64,000 nt of DNA from Phoronis australis. Taxonomy: Eukaryota; Animalia; Phoronida. The notes beneath the pieces are model-generated. The model saw nothing but the letters and a program-made list of their open reading frames with translations, did not search any database and had not been told where the DNA came from. Below, one piece after another: positions 40,001 to 52,122 of the stretch (positions within the stretch are counted from its first letter, which is position 1; every line of letters starts with the position of its first letter). Both the position numbers and the translations under genes were made by a program. The stretch is from positions 304,011 through 368,010 of the forward strand of contig NMRA01000065.1 of the NCBI GenBank assembly GCA_002633005.1, written 5' to 3'.

Positions 40001-43000
40001 AGCAGCAGCAGCAACACAAATCTGTCTCACCGTTCTGAGTAGTTGCAGTGAAGAACACCGGACCGAGATTTCACCCAACAAGGGAACTTATATGAAGGAA
40101 AGTAGAGTGTAAAAACTAGAACAACAACACCGTCAAACTTTGTCATAGTTAAGTGAAAATCATTTTACTGAACTTAATGCAACAACCATCTGATCACCAT
40201 GATAACCATGACCATCTATGAACAGATAAAACATGTTCACACAACTCACACAATCATTCATGACCATCCATGAACAGATAAAACATGTTCACACAACTCA
40301 CACAACCATTCATGACCATCCATGAACAGATAAAACCAGTGTTCTCCACGGCCTGTTTTAACTCGACGCTATAACGAGTTTGGATTTTGCTGCGTCGAGT
40401 TTGGAAAATGCGCGTCGAGTTAAGAAAGTGCTGCGTCAGGTTTGAACTTTTGTCCTGGCTTGGTATTTCAGCCCTCAACCCTAAAGCAGTGCCTGATTAA
40501 CCAACACCAAACCCAATACAGAACTTTAGAGGCAGTCAACACTATATGTTTAACTTCGTAAGACACTACAAAAGTTTAAATTATAATTAACAAAATCTGC
40601 AAAAAACTTTAAATAACAAACATTTCATGGAGTCACCTAGCTTGCTTAATTAAATGACTAATCTACTTTGTCATTCCAACTTTAAAATTTTGCAAGTCAA
40701 CCTATAAAAAAGCAATTTAATTTGATTAATAAAGACAATTTTGATTTTGACTGACATCTAGTGGCAAGTTAGAACTTTATGAGCTTATTAAACTTGACAA
40801 CAGGTGTCACTAAAAACTAGGTCACATCAGAACTCATGTTAGCAGTACTTAATATGTCTAATTGATATTAAAATCGGCATTGGTATTATTAAAGGAACTT
40901 TCGATCTTTTGTTTGCTGCTCTGGGTCTGTCAAATGCTTTGGAGAAATTATGAGATGCATTGGTAGGAAAGCGGAAAGCTAAACTTTGAAGTGTCTAAGA
41001 AGTAGGTCACACCAGTGCAGTGTGCAGCTTTAAACCATATATAAATACCTCCAGCATAACCATGCTTATGGGTAGACACAAAACAATGTCAATAACTGAC
41101 ATTCAACATTTGCATCGAGTTTGGAATTTATAATGTGGAGAACACTGAAAACATGTTCACACAACTCACACAATACACACAATCATGACCATCCATGAAC
41201 AGATAAAACATGTTCACACACACACACAATCACGACCATCCATGAACAGATAAAACATGTTCACACAACTCACACAATCAACACTTATTTAAGTTATCTG
41301 ACAAAACAAGAATCTGTACCTCACCAGACACAGATAACATAAATTATATCTAGGTATGATCACAAGAAAAACATTCTTCTGAGTTCTTCAACACAGCATT
41401 TAAGTTCTTTCAAAAATTCAAGGCACAATACTTTCAAACTTAGAGCCAGAATATAGAAATCTGTAAAATGGGTTAACTAGTGTAAACAGATGGGCCTCAA
41501 AATTTTTTCAGCTACAACACCATGTGATTTTTATCATGGAGTTCGCCAAAGCCTGCGTTGTGAGTCATGTGATGAGATTAAGTTAAAAGAGACATATACT
41601 GTCAGAGTTCATGAACATGTTTTGATCATAAATAAGAAGTATGGAGGAATGAAAAGGACCAGTTTCATTTACTGGATACTTTCCAATGATTTAAGTGCTA
41701 GCAATATAATATGTGCTTAGTTCTGTGCTGGTGTAATGACTTTTGAAGTGTTTTCATGGACCAAAAGAAAAAGGAATTGAAACCCGGACACTATGGAATG
41801 TGGTTCACTGAAGCCCAGTGTTTGGAAATGAACCAGGCAAACATGGTTCAAAAAAGATCACATGCAATTAATAAGAAGCCATCTACTTATCGAGGGGCTA
41901 GCAAACCCCATCAAAATCAAAGCTTTTTACACAACTTTTTGATGACACCCAAAGACATATGTTTTGAAGGTGGAAATTATTTTCTTCAAGGTATGGAATC
42001 AGCTGCATTGTGGTTGGGAAATCTGCGTCTTCAGTTTAGGGGTTAAGAAGGAAATGTTCACAAGCACAGTTTGTTGAACAGTGCTCACACAACAGATACT
42101 AACCCACAACTCCTGTGGTACCGTCCCCGATCTCGTCGTCTTGAGACTTGGATAGTTGTACCATCAGCTTGGCAATCTGATGTTCGACATCCATCATCGA
42201 CAGTATGGTGGCACCATCATTAGTCACTGTGACATCTCCATCCGGGGAGACCATCATCTTGTCCAGACCTTTTGGACCAAGCGACGTTTTCAGAGTATTG
42301 GACACCGACTTAGCTGCTAATATGTGCGACTGAAAGGACAGAGTGAAACGTGTGATCATGCGATCAGAATGGTTTCTGCTAGCAAGAGCCCAAAAATCCA
42401 TGCAAGTACAACTTACAACTGCTTAAGCTTAGCAAAACCTTTACAGAAACCGTAACTAGCAATAGTCCGTTTTCAGAGCCAGGCGATCACTGATATCATA
42501 GCTCCTGGAGTCCTGGCGCGCGCAGTATTAAAAATGGTCAGATGCTGATTTGGGCACCTGAATGAAGGCGTGCTCGAAAAAAGTTTGATTACAGGAGTAT
42601 TTGTTCGAGTTATTAAAGACATCGGTGGCCTCCTAAGGTGTCCACCTATGCGCAAAAGGTACTTCTAGCAACATGACTTTGAAGTTTTAATTAGTGTGAG
42701 GCATAATTCGTTGAAAAGCTTCCAGCGGCCAGTCGAGATGATGGCACTGTCTAGGGACAGAGTTATGGCAGTTATACATAACTAATTAAAAACCTTGCAG
42801 CAGATAGGCTTGATATGCTGTCGGCATAGTCTAGATTAGGATGCAGTCATCTACATCCAATAACAGTATCTCCGCAACTTAGCACAACAGCTTGGATGCT
42901 GGACTCTGACGTGGGGGAACACCGTAAGTCACGGCAGAGTATTCAACATTTCGACAGCTTCATGAGAAAAGAATACAGAACACTTGGAATGAGAACACAG

Positions 43001-44198
43001 TGATATTAGCCCTCAGGGCTTGGAATGACCAATGACAAAATAAGCGGAAACTTTTACGGCCCAAAACATGCGCGCTTCCCAGCCTTGAAATAGTCAATGT
43101 GGACCTTTTGCCAACAAAAATCGGGAGGACTAAAAAAAAAACGGTACCACCTCCAGTCGCGTGTGTCTTTTTAGCTCGTCCGTCCACTCCCACCTCCACA
43201 AATTTTTGGCTGCAGCGTTGTAGTATTTGTCACCACGGTTTACAATCACACGAGACGCCATTGAAATATCTACCACGCTATCCCAGATGCCCTGGCAATA
43301 TTGACAATTTACGTTCCTTCAAAACATTAAGAGCAACTTCTGCTTTTCGAGGTGAAAGTCATCGCGGTAAGAAAGAAATTTGCAGCGGAAATTTTATATC
43401 AAATCCAATTTTTTACGCGGAAATATAATAAACAGCGCGGACAGAACATTTGAAGAAAGCGGAAATCCGCGTTTCCGCGGAAAATTCCAAGCCTTGCGCC
43501 CTTGGCGGTGCATATGGGGGATGTAGCGGTCCCTCATCTCGTATTTGAGAACCAGGCACTCACTGAATAACGGGCGTTACTCAGTGGATGAAACTGATTC
43601 TCAAAATCAGGGGCAGCTATATCNTTGTCACCACTGTTTACAATCACACGAGACGCCATTGAAATATCTACCACGCTATCCCAGATGCCCTGGCAATATT
43701 GACAATTTACGTTCCTTCAAAACATTAAGAGCAATTTCCGCTTTTCGAGGTGAAAGTCATCGCGGTAAGAAAGAAATTTGCAGCGGAAATTTTATATCAA
43801 ATCCAATTTTTTACGCGGAAATATAATAAACAGCGCGGACAGAACATTTGAAGAAAGCGGAAATCCGCGTTTCCGCGGAAAATTCCAAGCCTTGCGCCCT
43901 TGGCGGTGCACATGGGGGATGTAGCGGTCCCTCATCTCGTCTTTGAGAACCAGGCACTCACTGAATAACGGGCGTTACTCAGTGGATGAAACTGATTCTC
44001 AAAATCAGGGGCAGCTATATCCGACCAGTGCCCTTTGTTGCAAAAATTAATTTTAATTTTTTAACGAATTGAGTAGAAATGTGCTGAACAAACCTTATGA
44101 GCGTCAATCCCAGTGAGCCTCCTTTGCTTTTCCTGATCTCTTAAAATAATAAAGGGACGTCCGAATTCATCAAACGCAAGAGTTCCTGCGCCTGCCAT
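33956..44198 (-). CDS. CCT5: T-complex protein 1 subunit epsilon, whole gene; complement(join(44094-44198,42104-42329,39781-39976,38706-38898,38107-38256,37430-37549,36550-36735,35940-36077,34750-34930,33956-34068)), 535 aa
   Basis: Open 1608-nt spliced ORF with GT-AG introns: [81 protein letters not shown]. Confidence 0.97.
34750..34930 (-). CDS. CCT5: CCT5 exon 9
   Basis: [34 protein letters not shown]. Confidence 0.95.
35940..36077 (-). CDS. CCT5: CCT5 exon 8
   Basis: [27 protein letters not shown]. Confidence 0.95.
36550..36735 (-). CDS. CCT5: CCT5 exon 7
   Basis: [24 protein letters not shown]. Confidence 0.95.
37430..37549 (-). CDS. CCT5: CCT5 exon 6
   Basis: [31 protein letters not shown]. 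Confidence 0.95.
37561..37699. repeat. Minisatellite, 25-bp unit x ~5.5
   Basis: Tandem 'gatacacaggtatactgggtagtat'. Confidence 0.95.
38107..38256 (-). CDS. CCT5: CCT5 exon 5
   Basis: [20 protein letters not shown]. Confidence 0.95.
38706..38898 (-). CDS. CCT5: CCT5 exon 4
   Basis: [35 protein letters not shown]. Confidence 0.95.
39122..39172. repeat. Perfect 25-bp inverted repeat with a 1-nt spacer
   Basis: gttggaaagaactgacagttcgtcg-g-cgacgaactgtcagttctttccaac. Confidence 0.95.
39781..39976 (-). CDS. CCT5: CCT5 exon 3
   Basis: [32 protein letters not shown]. Confidence 0.95.
40205..41280. repeat. Minisatellite of about 45-50 bp, interrupted by a MITE
   Basis: 'accatccatgaacagataaaacatgttcacacaactcacacaa' units at 40205-40336 and 41148-41280. 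Confidence 0.85.
40337..41147. mobile_element. Non-autonomous hAT-like element with a 5-bp TSD
   Basis: Perfect 13-bp TIR CAGTGTTCTCCAC / GTGGAGAACACTG; 'aaaac' duplicated on both sides; subterminal 'cgagtt' repeats. Confidence 0.85.
42104..42329 (-). CDS. CCT5: CCT5 exon 2
   Basis: [35 protein letters not shown]. Confidence 0.96.
43014..43496. mobile_element. hAT-like MITE
   Basis: TIR CAGGGCTTGGAAT / ATTCCAAGCCTTG (one mismatch); flanks agccct / cgccct; subterminal 'gcggaaa' repeats. Confidence 0.65.
43227..44021. repeat. 397-bp direct duplication joined by a single N (probable assembly artefact)
   Basis: 43227-43623 is nearly identical to 43625-44021, with N at 43624. Confidence 0.85.
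44094..44198 (-). CDS. CCT5: CCT5 exon 1
   Basis: [35 protein letters not shown]; donor gtttgt. Confidence 0.95.
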
Positions 44199-44615
44199 AT
44201 TCTTAGTTTTTCCTATGTAAGAAACCAATCGTCACAATATAGTTTAAGAGCGATGTTGACGGATTCTAACCTGAACAAAATCTCAACATTTACAGGGAAA
44301 ATTCTGGAATATGGCGCCCAGCTCTCGTATAAAATCTCGCATAATTGTTAAATGTGCAATTTCTCAAAAAGCATATAATCAAAAGCAAATTTGCTGAAAT
44401 TTATACCCAAAAGCTTCCCAAACAACGTTGAAAAATATACTTTTTTGAATTTTTGCAAGAAATTTTAGAACAATGTGTTGATTTCCATAGATACCACTAC
44501 TTCCGGTGTAAACACAAAAAGTACACGCGACGCCACACTGTCACTGGAGTAGTAGTCGATGTACATTTCTGAGTTTCAATTCATTCCCTTCTAAACAACG
44601 CTTATCGAACGTGTA
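44199..44615. promoter_or_regulatory. Bidirectional promoter region between CCT5 and the TEX49-like gene
   Basis: 417 bp separate the divergent ATGs. It contains X-box-like ATTTCCATAGATAC (44481-44494), ETS-type ACTTCCGGT (44499-44507) and forkhead GTAAACA (44508-44514). Confidence 0.65.
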
Positions 44616-44853
44616 ATGGCGTTCTTTGGGATAACACAGTTGGGATACCAAAATCACATACGGGAATGTGTGAAATATCCGAGAGTACCACAACCCGGTT
44701 TTGGTGCAGAAAGCATTCAATTGCCACCCTTGAAGGAGGTAAAACGTGCGTCAATCGTGCCTATAAATCAGACGTCTGGTTATGGTCCTGGTAACAAAGA
44801 TTCGAGGGTGGAATGGGGACGGTTACGGTTTAAACAAACCCGAAATCCAGAAG
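44616..44853 (+). CDS. TEX49: TEX49-like exon 1
   Basis: ATG to the gtaagt donor, phase 1. Confidence 0.85.
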
Positions 44854-47800
44854 GTAAGTCCTCTATAATGGGTTTGAACTCTCAAAGTACTTCTTCATGA
44901 TGCATACTGCTATACTATACTAACAATTAAAACACCAAACCTTTTAAAATTCATATAAGATGGCTTTCTAATCTGCAAATCTCATGACCTCATGAATACT
45001 TCCAGCAGTTGATACACATACTGTGTCTCTGAGCTTATATATTATATTATATTATAATCGGCCCATCCCTTTCTGAATTAATAACTATGATAAAAACATG
45101 CTATGAACATTCCCACTAAATAAAATTGGTTCTAGCCCCAGTGGTTAAGGTAAACGGCGGGGTATGGAAAATTGAACTAGACCGTATTTATCCACCTTGG
45201 CTGAGTCGCACTCGGCTCACGATCAAAGGGATGCCGCCAGGCTGCTCTAGTCATCGAGTCACGAGCGAGGATAATTGGCTTCGCTCATGCGGATATGATC
45301 AGCTGATTACAATCTAGCTAGCAGACTGTACTTTTTATGGTGAGAGTTTTACGTAGTTTTTACTGTAATATTTGAAAAGAGGAGCGAAAACAAATATGAG
45401 TACAACTTTGAATTTTTCAAATCGGCCCAGGATAAGAGATTTTGCAACACAGCAACACTCACGATTACTTTCATTCGGCGCGCACTAATACAAAAATATA
45501 GGACCCAAGTTATTTAGATTTTGGAACACATGCATTNNNNNNNNNNNNNNNNNNNNNNNNNNNNNNNNNNNNNNNNNNNNNNNNNNNNNNNNNNNNNNNN
45601 NNNNNNNNNNNNNNNNNNNNNNNNNNNNNNNNNNNNNNNNNNNNNNNNNNNNNNNNNNNNNNNNNNNNNNNNNNNNNNNNNNNNNNNNNNNNNNNNNNNN
45701 NNNNNNNNNNNNNNNNNNNNNNNNNNNNNNNNNNNNNNNNNNNNNNNNNNNNNNNNNNNNNNNNNNNNNNNNNNNNNNNNNNNNNNNNNNNNNNNNNNNN
45801 NNNNNNNNNNNNNNNNNNNNNNNNNNNNNNNNNNNNNNNNNNNNNNNNNNNNNNNNNNNNNNNNNNNNNNNNNNNNNNNNNNNNNNNNNNNNNNNNNNNN
45901 NNNNNNNNNNNNNNNNNNNNNNNNNNNNNNNNNNNNNNNNNNNNNNNNNNNNNNNNNNNNNNNNNNNNNNNNNNNNNNNNNNNNNNNNNNNNNNNNNNNN
46001 NNNNNNNNNNNNNNNNNNNNNNNNNNNNNNNNNNAGACATGGACGCAAAAAATAGCACTGGTCATGACAATTTATCATCCAAAATTATCAAAATAAGCAG
46101 TCCTTTTATAATTGAACCTCTCACGACCATCATCAACCAGTGCTTGCACACTGGTATATTTCCAGATGCTCTAAAGATTGCTAAGGTGATCCCAGTTTTT
46201 AAACAACATGGTTTGGACCCAGAGCACCCGGGCAATTATAGACCCATTTCTATTCTTCCAACAATCTCAAAAATTATAGAAAAAATTATCCATAATCAAC
46301 TTTCAACTTTCCAAAATGAAAAGGATATTTAATAAACATCAATATGGTTTCAGGAAATGTCACTCTACAGAACTTGCTTCGCTTGAACTTTTAGACCGCA
46401 TTTGTTCCCATCTTGATAATGACATGAATCCCCTGGTCATCTTTCTAGATCTCTCTAAAGCTTTCGACTCAATAGACCACCAAATACTCTTGCAAAAAAT
46501 AAATCACTATGGTATTACTGGAGTTGAATATACACTGTTTAAAAGTTATCTCTCAAACCGCACCCAATATGTTTAACTAAGTGATACAACTTCCAGTTGG
46601 TTACCAATATCTATCGAGTTCCCCAAGGCTCTGTCCTTGGCCCACTTCTCTTCCTAGTTTACATAAATGATCTTTCATTTTCTTCTCCCATGGACACCTG
46701 CTTCTTTATGCTGACGACACTTGCCTCGTCACACCTTACAAACTGACTGAATCTTCCCAACACACTTTACAGCAATCAACCACCATCAACAACAACCTTA
46801 AATCTATTTCAGACTGGTTTTATGTGAACAAACACATCAAAAAGTAAATTAATGATCTTCCACTACCCCCAAAAGAAAATTGAAAAATGTATTATTCCCA
46901 CCATTTATATAAATACCAAAACAATATATCATGTGAACAGTTTTCCTTTCCTTGGTATTACTGTTGACAAAAACCTCTCATGGTCCCCCCACATTAACCT
47001 CATCTCAAACAAACTTAACAATCTCGGTGGACTCTTATACAAATTGAAACCTTACCTTCCTCTTCCAGCTCTCAAGTTGATATATAATTCACTTGTCCTT
47101 CCACATTTAAACTATGGCATTGCAACTTGGGGTTTTGGCAACACTAAGAAACTTCAGACAGCCCAGAAAAGAATCCTTAGGAATATATCAAATTCCAGTT
47201 ATAATGCTCACTCTCTGCCCATATGTAAGGAACTTCGCCTCCCTCTAGTTCAAGACATCTTAAAATCTCAACTGCAAAATTTTACTACAAATTCCTCAAT
47301 AATCAGCTTCCTAAGTATTTTTACACTAACAACTTCTTTAGTAAACCCATCCAATATAAGCCAACCAGATACATTAAAACTCCTACATACCTGAATCAAT
47401 TCTCAGCTACTATACCGACAATACAACCCAAAATTTTAATTCCTCCATCCAACAAATTGTCATCAAGAGCCTGTATTAGATTGCAGATTCCTCGACTTAT
47501 AAACAACAATGAAATACCAATTTCTGCTCTAAATATAATAAAAACGCATTCTTTGCAAGCATTCTCCAGGTTCTTAATCAATTTTATTATTAGCAACTAC
47601 GATCCAGTTTGTCATATGTAACAGTATCTAATTGTATTTTCAAAATCTCCTGAGCTGTGCCAGTTTACTTCTTGGTTCCTGGCGTGTCGGTCGTTTTCAG
47701 CACTAATTCACTGTTTTCTTAAGTATTCCTACTGATATTTTGCATTTCCATTTGCTTATCTTGTACAGGGGACCTTCTTATTAGCGGTCAATAACCTTTA

Positions 47801-49668
47801 GAAGGCCTCCTAATTGAAATCAAATTTTAATCAATGTATTTTAATCAATGTATCATTATACTAGCTCTAGTGCCAGATCGTAAGCACTCAGACAGAGTCG
47901 GCTCACACAACATTGATACAGTGCCATGTCTGGAGGTTGTTTTTGTCTCTGAAGCAGTGTTGACCTTTGACCTTTTGTTATGACTGCTTCTCCTCCAGGC
48001 CCATATAGAAATGTGAAAGTTGTATGTTATATAGTAAAGCACACGGTCTTTGCTTTTAGGTCCGTTAGACTTGTACAGATACCCTGCCATAAACTCACAT
48101 AACTATGCCTACTGGACACGTCATGAGCCACTGCGAAAGAATGAGCCCTGGACATTTGTAAAGAGGCACACACATGTTAACAGTGAGATGACAAGGTAAT
48201 TGTCCTTTAAAGTTGCTGTAATCTTTGTTTGATATGGCGTAAAATACTAATTTCCAATTTAAACTGCATATCAAAATTAAACTGGTTTACTCAGATTAGA
48301 ATTTCTAGGTTTGGAAAGAGCTGATAGTTTGGTACTGCTTGAGATCAAGATCACTAAAATGCCTAGTACGTTGGCACATCAAGTCACTTAATGCCCCAAA
48401 ATTAATGTGGCCAGCTTACATGGGCTGGTTGTGAGACCAAACACTAGACAGAGCACTAGCAAAAAAGAACTGGGCCAATTCAACTCAGTTTTTTAGACTG
48501 ATTTTGAGCAGTAACATGCTGACAGGTTTTCTTTTTGCTGACAGCTCTTTCCAAACCTGGAAATCACACATTGTTTGACAATTTTGAGACAAATTTCATA
48601 ATGATAAATGGTCTTTGTGACAAAAAACACAACTTCTTTCACTTACCATCGTGAAACTGGTCTCAAATTGCTCCTTAGTCAAAGTGAATATGATTCAGGG
48701 CTTCGGATGTAGGGACAGTTTGTTATTCGTTGAGACCACTGTCAGTGTATAATGTGACATGTCATGACAGTTAGGGAGTAATGGTTGAGCTCAAACAATA
48801 ACAAACTGTCAGTTCCAAAACCCTGAAATCAGCTTCAATTTGACTGCTAATAAACAATTTGAGAACAATTTTATATTGGCATGTAGTTTAAATCAATATT
48901 TGCAGAGCTTTCTGTATGATTTATTTTCAATTAGACCACATACAGTTATGAAATTGGTCTCATTGTTTGTTTTTTGCAAACCCAGAAGTAACTTTTCATC
49001 TGAGTAACGAAAAAGTGGAGACCATTTTGATATTAGTACGACAAGTTGTCTAAATCAAAAGTTTCCTGATGGACTGAACAAAGGTCTATGTCTGTTTTGC
49101 CATTTGTTTACCATAACAATGGTACTTACAATGTCTAACTGTGACCCGAACACTTTTACAACTATGATTAAAATCTCTTGGTCTATTTACTCTGACCTCT
49201 TGTCTATTTACGCTGTCAAGACGTTTTGGTCGGTCTATTCTTCGGCCATCGTCAGGTGTTCCTGCGTTCTTAGAAGGACGAGCATGGATATGTGGTACAC
49301 TCATCATGGTGTGATTTTTTTTGTCCAAGTCAGGATTTAAACCCTCGACTTCTGAAGCTACAGATAATTTGAAAGTCATTATGCTGGACACTTTTACAGA
49401 AATCAGACTCCATCTAAATCATAGTACACTCTATGTTCATTTACTGGAAACATGGGGAATATATCGCAGAAAAAGAATCAGACATTTTATTCAAAAACTC
49501 AAAAAATATATTTCTTCCCTAGCTGGTAACTGTCTGCTTTTGAGTTTACATTTCAGTGTTTTAAATAAACTCATGTGTAAGAAAGTTAATTTTACGTACA
49601 ATCTTTTTCTTCTTTTCAGATTCGTCAACGAAATGTGCCTCACTAACAGAGAATTTTCATTGTTTTAA
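44616..49668 (+). CDS. TEX49: TEX49/SPMIP11-like sperm or cilia microtubule inner protein; join(44616-44853,48060-48195,49620-49668), 140 aa
   Basis: Open spliced ORF 'MAFFGITQLGYQN..LPP..LYRYP..YAYW..EPW..RH..NSEMTRFVNEMCLTNREFSLF*'. It matches my recollection of TEX49 termini (MAFF..LGYQN; S.MTRF....R.FSLY). Introns are GT-AG and phase-consistent. Confidence 0.85.
45537..46034. other. Assembly gap (N run)
   Basis: Continuous Ns. Confidence 1.
46035..47620 (+). mobile_element. Decayed L2/CR1-group LINE ORF2 (RT region) in TEX49-like intron 1
   Basis: NYRPISILPTISKIIEK, QYGFRK.HST, FLDLSKAFD, VPQGSVLGPLLFLVYINDL, YADDT, FLGITVDKNLSW and IYNSLVLPHLNYG, with frameshifts and stops. Confidence 0.9.
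48060..48195 (+). CDS. TEX49: TEX49-like exon 2
   Basis: PLDLYRYPAINSHNYAYWTRHEPLRKNEPWTFVKRHTHVNSEMT; AG/GT bounded. Confidence 0.85.
48285..49010. mobile_element. Long imperfect palindrome (foldback or MITE)
   Basis: Paired arms: gacagtttgttatt/aataacaaactgtc, tctcaaattg/caatttgaga, tgagacaaatttcata/tatgaaattggtctca, ttactcagat/atctgagtaa. Centre near 48755. Confidence 0.6.
49620..49668 (+). CDS. TEX49: TEX49-like exon 3
   Basis: Strong polypyrimidine acceptor; FVNEMCLTNREFSLF*. Confidence 0.85.
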
Positions 49669-52122
49669 TAAATGTATGTTTTACTTTTTATTTTCAATTT
49701 TTGGTACATAAAAGTATGATTAAAATGCAAGAATAGCTTAACAGTTCTCATCCGGTTTTTTAAATCAGCTTTAAAAACAGTTATTACATTGTAATTACAA
49801 CATTAAAACTATGTATTCATTTGGCATAGATCTTATTGCCCATGTTAGATTTTCTTAGAAAGACAGCTTTAAAAACAGTACTGTTAATACATTGTAATTA
49901 CAATATTATTAGAGTTATTTAAGTCAGTTTGTATAGATTTTGTTGCCCCTGTTAGATTTTCTTAGAAAAAGAAAACATGATTGTTCATTTTTTACAGACA
50001 GCACTTAATTGTTATTTTCGCATGAATTAGTCTTCATAATGGTGTACTCAATCAGTCAAACTTCTGATGGACTTTGAAAGTGGTGCGATTCTTTACTCCA
50101 ATATAATATTTAAATTCACAAACCCAAAAGCAGCATTAAGAAATCGTAATTAATTTATCCAGTTTTCTGTTATCACTGCACGAAGTGGATGATGTATTAA
50201 TGAGAACAGACCTGTTCTGTACATAAACAGGTACTTATGGAATTGATGTTTGTGGTAGACCTGTAGATGGCATATAGATTACGTATTCTTGCACTTGTTT
50301 TCTGTCACTATAGAATTGTTTGGTAATTGCTGTACAAGTCACAATAATAGAACATGTGATTAGCGGTTTGCTGAGGTAATAAACTGTTTTTGTTTTTCTC
50401 AATTATATATCGCTATCTGGCTCATTTCACTTTCGGACCCTAATACACTCACTGCTGGAAGTAGTAATTGAATGTCAGGGGGATCCAACCGATTTCTGGG
50501 GGTTCTTTTTGAGAAGGATTACAGAAATGGCTGTCCACTCTGTGGAGACAGTAGGATGGGTAATTTTTGCTGTCACAAAGTCAAGTGACAGTCAGTGCAA
50601 TGATATAAAAACTAATGTGATTGTTTTGAAAGTAACTAATCTGTTTTAGGTTTTAACATCAATTTCTTAATTAATAAATTCTCACGGGCGACTACTTACA
50701 TATGAATTCGATCAGCCATTTCGAATGATGATGATACGAAGTCAGCCAAGTTTGGCCGGCCATTTTCATATAGTCCTGCATAACCTTAAAGCGACATTAT
50801 CGGCGATAAAAGCGATTTTTTTCTCAGATATGATCAATCTTAGCACAACCCTGCTGTCGCAGTCTGACGCACCGTGACTACGCGAGATGTTAAAACCCAC
50901 TTTATAGTCAGTATTTCATGCGCATTCAACGGGTAAAGTCACCTGTCTTGATTTTAACGAATGTCTGGCAGACAACGGCGAGAATTGGCAGTTTATAATA
51001 AAATTTCAAACACTACGGATTTTGTTGTTTTGTTGCTCTGCTATTCGTAAAATCATAAGTTTCTCACGGATTACAGCTTGGCTAGTGATGTTATTATCGT
51101 TCTGGCCAATAGATGGCGTTCTAACCAGACGACGCAGCTATTCACTTCAAAAGTCCATTCCATTAGTAAAATGTCACGGTGCGTTTTAGTTACGACCGTA
51201 AAACCGACAATGTCCCTTCAAGCCACTTCCCTGCTATTAATTAAAACAGCTACAAAAATAACACACAACACTATTCGTGCACACATTAGGTGAAACCAGC
51301 ATGTCATTGCCGGCAACGAAGTGTGAGGGCTCTGTGGGGCCCGTTTCACAAATCAAAATGTAATTTAAGGCGTTATTTTCGGAGTTCAATTTCCAATTAC
51401 TCGAAAACTTACGAAAATTCGCGAGTCTCCTGACAGACTCTTTGTAAAAAATACCGTAAACTCATGTGTATGTTTAAACCAGCACCTACATGGCAAACTG
51501 AAGTCGGATTCAAGGAAGGGGTGAAGGGTGTCCAGATCCCTCTTTTTAACCAGACTGTCAGAAAACACGGTAATATAATTTGATTTTTACTTTTTCGTTT
51601 CTACAAACAGCGAGATGAAGAGATCCCTTGTAAAGATCGCGACACTGAACGTTATCCCTTTCTTCAGAAACCTGGATCCGCCTTTGAGCCTGTTATAGTT
51701 GACGTTCAATCAAAACGTGACCTACATAAACTACTAATTAAAAACTGCTTTGCACTAATAACGAATGATGTCTTTGGTTGTTGTTCTTCAAATTATTTTG
51801 CCTGCCGGAGATGTTCCTAGTGTGTTTGAGAATCAAAACAATTAAATTCAAGCGTTTTAGCGCTACACTCGACGTCGTAACCACTCTTTGTAGGCAAACG
51901 TTCACAAGAAGTAAAACCAAATTTTATTTTTACTAAAAACTAACCTGTATACGTATATAAGTAAAATGGTGCATTAAAACCCGAACAATATGCAGTATCC
52001 ACACAGTACCACCCACAAGCTGGGATGCATTGCCAGCTAAATGTATTAATTCACCTTTGTTCACAAAACGAGTCTCGTTTTTATCTGTCTGTTTTTTGAC
52101 TCAACAGTTCCTAGTTGATCCA

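Noticed and set aside
45485-46096. Long ORFs in the ORF track
   Set aside because: They consist of X residues from the N gap.
50477-51686. Possible 'GGCGGATCCAGG'-type MITE ends
   Set aside because: The inverted match is short and degenerate, and no TSD could be established.
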